Assembly (NCBI RefSeq): GCF_009914755.1
Contig: NC_060939.1
DNA length: 64,000 bases
Source of the DNA: the human T2T-CHM13v2.0 reference genome, Homo sapiens
Reading direction: 5' to 3' (one strand)
Position 1 is the first letter of the stretch. The number at the start of each line of letters is the position of its first letter. The notes beneath the pieces were generated by a model, which was not told the origin of the DNA, ran no database searches, and was given only the letters and a program-made list of their open reading frames with translations. Shown here one piece after another: positions 54,573-64,000 of the stretch. Position numbers and translations under genes: made by a program.

Positions 54573-55978
54573 ATGACTTCTTAATCCCACTCGGATTTCA
54601 CTGAATATGTGCGATAAGTATAACCTCATCAAGTTTTCCTTGCAATTAGGTATCACCTGGTGTCCCAAAGAGATGTAATATCACCTTGTTCTTTAAGAAG
54701 TTGGTTGGGCTGCTCTATTAATGCCCAGTGAGTAAGGGAATGACAGATGGGACAGCAGCCACCATGCAAGCCAGGCAGGCGCCATCCACTGTAAACAGAG
54801 AGGAGAATGGTGAGGACTTGGGAAGGAGCCATGTGCTCCAGCCATTCAGATTCCAGTCCTCTCTGTCAGCTCCTCTTAATCTCCATGTTACTCAGATGCT
54901 TTGAGGCTGGTGGATAACAAAGTATCCCTCCTTCCCCTTTTTTAACAGCGGGCAGTAAGTGGTCTGGGTTTCACTTACATCAGGTGCCCAGGAGTCTTCC
55001 TGTGTGAAGTCAGCTTGTTTGGAGAGTGAAGAGAGAAACTTGGCACCGGGACCCTAGAATCCCCTCTTTCTGGTTTGCTTTTTCACTCCATCAGCTGAGG
55101 TACCACAGGGGATGCCAGAGACCTGAGGCTTCTTGGTAGAAGCAGTGCCAGTTTGGGATCAGAACGTCCAATCGCTGACTGGTTCTCTTGCTCTGAGGCT
55201 GGGGCTCCCCGGAGGGATGTACCTCGCACTGACTGGCTGGGGCCCTTCATCCTTTGCATTTTCTTGCATGCAGTAGTCTTCCATAGGGAGTTCTACCTCT
55301 CAGGTATTTGTAATTATTTTATGCCATTATATACCCTGAAAGTGGCTGTGGGTTATAAATTCCAAGTTGTGATTTATAAGCCTTAATAGTTACTAAGGCA
55401 ATGCATTGATACATTGTTCATACGCTCATAATTAGTTCATGTGTTTTGCTGGGTTGTGCATAGAAATTTCGGTTCCAAGTATTTTTTGAAGTAGAAGTGT
55501 GTTTGTAATATCCTACTTACCGATAGTAGTGTAGCATCCTGATAGTACATCACAGTTGCTACACTCACTTCTGTGGGTCCACACCCCGTGCCAGGCACCG
55601 TGTTACATGCATTTCTTCTGCTGTCCTTTTCATCCTCACACTGAGATGCTTGCAGAAACATCTCACAAAGCAGGCAACTGAAGGGATCCAGTTTCAGACC
55701 AAGGTCTGGCCTGACTGGAAAGCTTTATCACCATAGCATCATACATACAGTCACATTAATGATCAAAATAATGATAATAAGAATCGTGATCGTATCTAAC
55801 ACTGTTATAAGGTTTTCCTATGGATTAACCTTTTGGATCTTTGCAAAACCTTGTGAGATAGGTACACGTATTATCTTCATTTTGTAATGAGGATTCCGAG
55901 GTCCTGAGAGTTAGAGAAATTTTCTCCCTGTCACATAGCTTGAAAGTGGCAACACTGGACATCAAAAATGGGCATTCT

Positions 55979-56281
55979 GCTGGGTGCAATGGCTTACGCC
56001 TGTAATCCAGCATTTTGGGAGGCTGAGGTGGGTGGATCACCTGAGATTGGGAGTTCAAGACCAGACTGGCCAACATGGGGAAACACCGTCTCTACTTAAA
56101 AAAATACAAAAATTAGCCAGATGTGGTGGGCAGGCCTGTGTTCCCAGCTACTTGGGAGGCTGAAGCAGGAGAATCGCTTGAACCTGGGAGGTGGAAGGTT
56201 GCAGTGAGCCGAGATCGCGTCACTGCGCTCCACCCTGGGCAACAGAGTGAGATTCTGTCTCAAAAAAAAAAAAAAAAAAAA
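55979..56281 (+). mobile_element. AluS inserted in a MIR
   Basis: Full Alu with A tail; G(G/A)GCATTCTG at both flanks. Confidence 0.92.
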
Positions 56282-57539
56282 GGTGGAGGGGAGCATTCTG
56301 ACTTCAGAGCCTTTTTCTAATATTAAATTGTTTTAAAATAAAACTTATTGATTTATTCAGCACAGATTATGTGAATCACTACAATCAAATTATTATGAAA
56401 TGTCTATTTTCTAGTATTAAATGAGGCTTAAGTGATTTTTCACAATCTGCATTTTCTGGAAAGCTTTGATAATTATATTTCAGTTCTAATGGTGACATTT
56501 CTTTTTTTTTACATCATTGGAATTATTTGTTTGGATTACGCATTTTTTTGTATGCTTACTCTATGCCAGGCCCCATGCTGCATATTTTCATATATTATCT
56601 CATTTCATCTTTTTTTTTAAGCTGATTCTTTTAGACCTGAGGCAGCTGAGCATCACGGAAACTAGTCAGTGTCTATCCTAAAAACAGCTGGACCCCTGCT
56701 GGCGAGCTCACCTGTATTCTAGGAGCATGGGGTCTGATTCCCTTCCTCAGTGAATCAGGAAAGCTTTCTGGGGAAAGGAGTTGTGTGGGTTCTCCAATTC
56801 TTGTTCCTTTAGAAGTAAAAAGCCTTTCCGTCCCATATAGGGACACAGAAAGGAGGTGATGGGGGTGGTGCTGAGCCTGCCCGCCTGCTCTGCGTCACCT
56901 GGAAGGAGGGTGCAGAAGGAGCAGGGGGCTTGTCTCCCTCTTTGCTCCCTTTGGCGTCACTCTCCACGCCCAGTAACGAAGCCCCACCCCTGGCTGGGCC
57001 TTTTCTCACCATCTTCCTTCTCCAGGGCTACCTCCTGAGGGCTCACTCCTTAAAGGCAGGATGCAGTGGCTTCTCCTTGAGTGAGCTCAGAGGTCAGGAG
57101 CTTCCTAAGCTCCTGTATCAAGAGACAGAGGACATCTGAAGCCAGAATGCCCTTCCCAAAGCTGCCCTAGCTCCTGTGTTTCAGGAAGAAGCCGGGCAGA
57201 TGCCTCTTTGTTCCAGCAGCCAAACTCCAGCATGTCACAAATCATACATTACAGGAAAAGGGAGCCCTTTGCTGCTGGGCAGCGGGGCCCAAGATCCTCA
57301 CAGTCTTTTAGGGATGCTTAGAATTGGCCCTTGGTTGGTTTGTAGCATTTATACAATATCAACCCTTAAACTGATGGCCCTTGAACAAGTGCATCATTCT
57401 CTGTCCTTGATTTCATTCACAGTAGACAGTTTTAGGTAGATCCCTGCTGTGAGCAGACACATACATGCGGTCTGACAATTCAGATCCCTTCGCCTTCCCC
57501 TCCCCTATTTTTATGGCTGCTAACAAATCGGCTGGACCT

Positions 57540-57810
57540 TTCTCTAAAGGCCTCTCTGGGCGGGTGATATTTGAGTAGATTTGAAAGAAGTGTGAGATCA
57601 AATTATATAACTATTTGGAGCAAGAATGTTTCAGGCAGAGGGACTAGGAAGTGCAAAGGCCCTGGGGTTGAAATATGCTTGATGTGGTCGGGGAGTGGAA
57701 AGACCAGTGTGTCTCTAGCAGAGAGGGTGAGAGGGAGGCAGGGGAAGATGAAAGCAGAGAGGTGGGTGGAAGACCAGACCCGGCAGGCCCCTGTGAGCCA
57801 CAGGGAGGCA
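57540..57810. mobile_element. L2 fragment
   Basis: AAGGCCTCTCTG..GGTGATATTTGAG...CAGGCAGAGGGA..AGTGCAAAGGCCCTGGGG. Confidence 0.65.
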
Positions 57811-59479
57811 GAGTTGGTCCCTTTTAAATATTGGGGCTGGCAAATCTGACTAGTCCATTTCCCTAGTACTCCTGCTTACCTCTGCATTTTTGCCTTTGAT
57901 TGTTCCCTTTCTTGAGTGTGTCCTGCGCTTCCCCTTGGTCTCCCTTAGTTGTGCAATGGAAAGTAGTAGCAGAGCACAAAAATCCACATTGGAAGCTTAG
58001 AGGATTGTATCTTTTTCTCACCAGCTAACTCTTACTAATTAGAAATTGACAACAGCGCTTGTCTCTCATGCTTCTCTTTTAATTGAGATTTCCTTCAAGT
58101 CCTCCTTTTAGGCAAGAGCTGCCTCCTATGAGCCCCTGGCCCGCTGCACCTACCTTGGGTCTGGGTGGCTCCTGTTTGTGTCCACATCAGCGTGAGTTGT
58201 GTGAAGTCCTCAGCAGTGCTCCATGCCTAGAAGGCCCCAGTGAGCATTGACTTGGACCTGGTGATTTTCCTCTTTACGCTTTGCCCTTCCAAAGAGAGAT
58301 GGAAGATTCAGCCTCAGCGTCAGTGTTGTTTCTACGGTGTGACCATATTTGATGTGCTTACTGATTCCTAAGTCACCTACTGGCACACAGCACAGATGCA
58401 TCCAATGTCCTTATCTCTCAGGCTTTGCTTTCAAGACTTCACACTGACTACATCAATCTGAATAATCGAGCTCAACTCCAGACAATAATTCAGGGGTACG
58501 ATGTGATGGCCCTCTGTTGATTCTCTTTAAAAGTTGTGAATGTGAGTAATCATGGGTATTTAATGAGCTCTGCAAGATGGCAGGTGCTGACAAGTGCCTT
58601 ATATATTCTGTTTCTAGTCTTGCAATTTGTATATTATCATTCAGAACCCCAGGCTCAGGAGGTTAAAAATTCTGCTTACAGCTGAAGTTGCAGTTGCGTG
58701 GGAGAGGGAGCAGGAGTTTATTCTCCCCTCTTTGTTTCTGCCTGTGTCTGTATATTGGCCAAGCCCATTTCCAGTGGGAAATCCTTAGTGGCTTTTATGG
58801 TGTTTTGTGGGAGGGCACAGGGGACTGACGTGTGAATGCCAGGTGTCATTATCACTGTCAAGTGTCTAATTCAGTGCTGGGTCATAGACAGGTTTAGAAG
58901 TGCCTTAGAATTCAGAGTTAATCCAGAGTGGGCCACAGGTTGATGGCATTTTGCTTTATTCTTCAATGCTTTCCTTTTCTCTTTAGAATATTGTCATCCC
59001 TTTTACCCCTTCCCCCTTCCTCGGCCATTTTCCCCAGAGGGCAGAATGGCTTGAGCTATTTCCTGCCTGAGTTTTGATGTCGAGACCCCTGCCTGCCCAA
59101 TTCCTGCAACAATGACCCTAAAGCACTAATTTCAGGCCCCTCTTTGCTTGCCTGCCTGCCTGCATGAGACATTGCGGCCGCTAACCCTGCACCCTTGAGG
59201 CACCCCCTCCATTCAGTGACATGGTACTGCCTGTGTGCACAGGAGCCCTGCAGCAGCTGACCCAAACAATGCTCATTTTCATTGTGGCATCTTGGCATGG
59301 CCTGGCAGCTTTGGCCTTTTAGAACCCAGCTGGTGCCAGGGTTGCTGGCCTGCCCCGCAGAGGTGATTGGCCACTTCGTAGTAATAAACAGATTTCAATC
59401 CTGGGAACTTCTGAGGCCTGCTGTTCTCTCCCTGTCTTTTATGTGTCTTTTTGATGAAAGATATTCGAGGTAGCCACAT

Positions 59480-59710
59480 GGTTTAATAAAACCAGGCTGG
59501 ATGCAACTACCTAGGTTTAAAATATCATTCTGCTAGGCTAGCTGTGTGCCCTTGGACAAATTACTTAACCTCTCTGAACCTCTCCTTCTGTTTCTCCAAA
59601 TTGAACTTAGTAATACCTACACTACAGTTTGTGCCAGGATTTAATAAGATAGTGTTTGTGAAAAGCACCTTGTTCAGATCTTACACACTGTATGTGCTGA
59701 GTACATAATT
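59480..59710 (+). mobile_element. MIR
   Basis: AGCTGTGTGCCCTTGGACAAATTACTTAACCTCTCTGAACCTC. Confidence 0.75.
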
Positions 59711-60450
59711 AGTTTTCTCAGGCAGAGTCCCAAACAGAAGGAGAAGCCAAATAAACCCCATGATGTGCTGCTTTGTTCTGTGTAGTCATCTGTGTTTGGC
59801 AGATTTGAGATTATTTTAAACCAAAGTAAAAGAGCTTTAATTATGCTCTTGTTTGTGGTTTGGTTGGTTGCATTATTAACCGATTTTGGAATACTCCCCG
59901 CCCTCTCACTGTTGCAAAGTGAAGGGCTGGCTGGGAGTCAGGAGCTGGAAGTCAATACTTTCTTTGCAGAACTTCCAACTCCCTCTGTCTCAGAGATGGG
60001 GTTGGCAGTGTCATCTGAATGGGGTGTGGGTTCAGAGACTGGCCCGTCGAATCAGTATGGGCTGCCGGCTCTCTTATTACATCCTGAGCATGTGTGTCTT
60101 GGGCCCTTACAGATATACTTGCTGTTGCCCTTTGCTCTTCATTCACTTAATTTCAGTCATGCAATCCAGTTATACAAATGACATATGCATAACTATTTGA
60201 TTTTAACAAGCAGTTAGCTAAAGTGTTTAGTGTGACTCTAGAATTAAACTCCTTGGATTCCAGTCCCTTATACCAGGTTCAGAATAGTCCTAGGCATATG
60301 AAATCTCAATTTTTTTTCCTACAAAGTGGCTTAGTGATAGCACTTATCTTGTAGGAGATTAGCAGGATTAACCTGTAAAAGTGCTTAACATACTACCTGC
60401 TATGTAATAAATGTTTAATTAAAATTACTTGTATTAATGTTAGCAGTAGC

Positions 60451-60796
60451 TGGCTGGGTACAGTGGCTCATACCTGTAATCTTAGTGCTTTGGAAGACAG
60501 AGATGGAAAGATCATTTGAGGCCAGTAGTTAGATACCAGCTTGGGCAACATAGTGAGACCCCATCTCTACAAAAAAACAAAACAAAACAAAACAAAAAAA
60601 ACAACACCAATTAGCTGGGCAATGTGGCACACACCTGTAGCTCTAGCTGCTCAGGAGGCTGGGGTGGGCGGATCGCTTGAGCCCAGGAGCATAAGGTTTC
60701 GGGGAGCTGTGATCATGCTATTGCAGTCCAGCCTGGGTAACAAGAGTGAGACTGTCTCTAAAAAAAAAAAAGAAAAGAAAAACCAAAAAAAAAAAA
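60451..60796 (+). mobile_element. AluJ with expanded (AAAAC)n linker
   Basis: Diverged Alu dimer. Confidence 0.9.
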
Positions 60797-62689
60797 CCTA
60801 CAATTATTACTAGCTAACATATAGCTAACATTTGTGTACTTGTTATTACAGAATAAATATATTCCAGCTAAGTGGACGTGGATGGTTTTCTGCATAAACT
60901 CTTATTGTTCCTTGACTGATGTCATAACACTGGAGATGCATGCTCCTTAGATGAATGTAAGTTCTAAAATTGTTGCCAGGAAAGGACTGTGGGTGGTCCT
61001 GCTGGACCTGGAGTGCATTTGCAACACTTTATGGGCTTCATAGCACCTGTAGGCCTCTGCTATCTCCCCTAAGGCTGTTACTCATCACTCAGCACTTATC
61101 CTAGCCCTTCAATTTCCCTGGGTCTCTGGTCCAGAGCTCACACTGCCTCTTCTTACATCCCAGGGGTATCTTGACCTTTGGTAGTGGGCAGTAAGATGTG
61201 TACATTAGTCTGAGGCTCTGTGCCTTATAAAACACTGTGCTTGCTTGTTCTATGAATTGACTGATCTGGAAGCTCTGTAAGGTAGGCTCATTGCAAATGC
61301 AATTGCTGTTCGCTTAGTGTCATATATAGCATAATTATTGCACCTAGAATATGCTTGTATTGTCTGCATAACTGTAGGGTGGATCTGGTCTTGCTCTCTT
61401 ATAAGAAAAGAGACAGGCCTTGTTCTCTACATGTTCCTTTAGGCAGTTTGCCCAGGCAAATCAACCAGGCCATTAAGGTGAAAGTATGATAGCTGAATTT
61501 TGCTCTTTTTCCATAGGTTGTTTGAATGATTTCATTTTGCATCATTCATAACTGTTGTCATTCTGTGATGTCTAGTTCATAAATACCATTCGCCCTGAGC
61601 GATTTTCTGTTACATTTAAGACTAACCTACTTTAAGGGAAAGATAGTCTTTCCTAGTCTAGTCCGCGTATCCTAGACTGAGTTATGCAGTCTGGGAAGCT
61701 TGCAGCATTAATTTCTTGCTAGAAACAAAATTTGTTTACATGTCCAATATTCTGCATATAGTTGTGTATTTTACTCATTTATGACTATAAATATAGAGGC
61801 ATATCAGCATGTATATTGTGTAAATATGTACACATTTAACATGTGGAATATAGTAGGACTGAGTTTGTGTTTTGCCTTGTGGGCACTCTCAGTAGTTATT
61901 TCCCCTCAATATTTTATTATTGAAAAAATTAAGCATAAAACTTGAATTATATAGTTAATACACGTATACCCACTGTCATGATTCTGCAATTAACATTTTG
62001 CTATATTTGCTGTATAATTGTTCATCTCTCCATCACCATACTCATCCATTTTCATCTTCTTGCTGTGGTGGTGGTTGTATTTTTAAGTAAGTTGCCTGGT
62101 CCCTAATCATGACTATGTGCTCAGCTTGCAGGAAACATATATTATATCCTGGGTCTTCCTGAGCCTTTCCTGAACCTCTCTCTTACAGAGACCTTGATAC
62201 CTACTCATGACTGCCAGAGCCCTCCCAGTGGCCTCACCCAGAGCTCTATCCCCTATGCCTGGCATTGACAATTCTGATTCTTACTGTGCATTTCAAAGCA
62301 AGGATGTTCGAGATGTTGTATCTATCATTTTACTTCCTCCCATGAAGAGACTTAACTGGAATTCTGAGAAAATGCTTTCTGATCCCCATCCCTTAGCACA
62401 AGCCAAATAAAGGCTCTTTGTCTTTTAAGGCTCTGATAAATACCAACTCTTAAAGGCAGGTTGATTTAGCCTCTGGTTATTTTCCCCAGAGTTTTCTGGT
62501 CTGGGCAGCCTCCCTCACCTTCCAGCCAGCCAATCCAGGTTGACCCTGGAGGAGAAGGAGCTCTCTGCTGGTGTGACTCACTGATGCCTCACTACTGCCC
62601 TGGCCAGACTGCGAGGCTCAGAAGAAAGGTAGACATTGCTGGGTGGGGACTGCCCATTCATTTTTAAGTAAAGGCTTTCTCCCTTATGA

Positions 62690-62870
62690 TAATATCACAA
62701 TAATTGCCACGTAATGTGTGCATTCTGTCAGAAAATAATGGTGAGAAAGTTAAAACTTGGCCCTTCATGCAATTACAGAGAGAAACCGAGTCAAATACTA
62801 TTTTATTTAACTCATTAATGAGGGAACCAGTGAGTTGGTAAAGCCAGCTCAAAGAAGCTTTTGAGGAACT
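62690..62870. mobile_element. MER103-like hAT fragment
   Basis: CAAATACTATTTTATTTAACTCATTAATGAGGGAACCAG matches the recalled MER103C motif. Confidence 0.5.
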
Positions 62871-62939
62871 TGGTATTTATTGGCATTTTGGAAAAAAAAA
62901 AAAAAAGAGTGATAGAACAGAACCATTTTTAGGTAAGTG

Positions 62940-63375
62940 TGGGGGAAATTGTGATGGACCATTCAAATCAGCCACAGGTACCGTAGCTTCAGGAATATTG
63001 CCAGCAGAAAGAGCCCAGCTGTCAGCTCCATTTAGGACTACCTTGGCTGAAGACAGCCACCTTGTCTGAAGTCAGGCTTTCTTCCAGGGCAGCCTGCACC
63101 CAATGTCTGATCCATGAGCAGATAAAAAGACCAATTCTCTTACCACTGCTTGAATCTCTTGAAGGTCACTTATCCTGTATTCAGAACCTCCCATAGGGTC
63201 AGCTAAGCCTTCTGTTGCAACTGCATCCCATCCCCAATTCTCACTCTACCCAGACCTGCTTCTTTTCCTCCCTCTTACGTAGGGGTTCTAGGTTAGCCCC
63301 TAGAGTACCCTTGCATAAACTTGAGGCTCACTAGTGTTAATTCCAGGGTCAGCTTCATGGGAAATTCAATCTCTA
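62940..63375 (+). mobile_element. LTR16C-like ERVL LTR
   Basis: AGCCCAGCTGTCAGC...GGCTGAAGACAGCCACC...GGGCAGCCTGCACCCAATG. Confidence 0.6.
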
Positions 63376-63539
63376 CATATACAAAATTAGTGAATGTCTT
63401 ACAGGGTAATGTTTCTTTGACTTTGGGGTTTATCTTTTCTACTGTACAGCAATCTGTAAGTTAACACGCAGCTTCACAGTGTTCGTGCCCTTAATATATA
63501 GTAAATAGGAAAATCAAACCCAGGTATATTCCTCTGCAT

Positions 63540-63750
63540 CAGGGTTTGGGAAACTTACCACGTAAAGAGCTGTATAGTAAATATTTCAGGCTTTGCAGGC
63601 CATACTGTCTCTGTTGCTCTCTCACAACTCAACTCTGCTATAGCCGTGATGGCTACACAAATGGGCATGGCTGTGTTCCAGAGACACTCTACTTAACACA
63701 GACAGGTGGTGAATGGGATTTGGCCTTGGGCCATAGTATGTGGACCCCTG
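63540..63750. mobile_element. MER58A hAT-Charlie
   Basis: CAGGGTTTGGGAAAC...TAAATATTTCAGGCTTTGCAGGCCA...GGCTGTGTTCCA...GACCCCTG. Confidence 0.75.
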
Positions 63751-64000
63751 TCCTAGATAAATAAGTAATCCTGGGTTGGTCTGTTAAACAATGTTCCAGT
63801 ATGACATTGAAAGGACAGGCTGCCCCCTCCCCCCAGCTTTGCCCTTTTGACACTTGTAGAATATGATGTGTAATCTCCCCAACAGCCTACAAAGTGCTGA
63901 TATTACCACTTTGCAAATGAGGAAACAGGCTCAGGAAAGGTCTGTCTTTACTACTTAAGAAGATGATGGTTCTTGAATTGAACCTGGTAGATCTAACCCT

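Overview
Primate, most likely human, genomic DNA covering the 5' end of SLCO3A1 (OATP3A1, an organic anion transporting polypeptide; human 15q26.1 from recall). It contains about 24 kb of repeat-rich upstream sequence, a CpG-island promoter (~24.4-26.2 kb), and a GC-rich leader with two CGG tracts. The first coding exon is 25659-25838 (60 aa, + strand, phase-0 GTGAGT donor), followed by at least 38 kb of intron 1. I recognised no second coding exon. The rest is Alu, MIR, L1/HAL1, L2, DNA-transposon and solo LTR elements (MER21, MSTC, MLT2B, LTR27/28-like, MER41A, MLT1, LTR12, LTR16C); repeat subfamilies come from recalled consensus sequences and most repeat boundaries are approximate. I cannot support a wholly new gene system here. 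The best leads are: (i) an in-frame near-cognate ACG upstream of a GGC tract that could give a polyGly N-terminal extension; (ii) a solo ERV1 LTR flanked by an abnormal 22-bp duplication; (iii) an LTR12 3 kb upstream that keeps five CCAAT boxes but appears to have lost its core promoter; (iv) a 23/24-bp hairpin in intron 1; (v) a second strong splice donor inside the CpG island.
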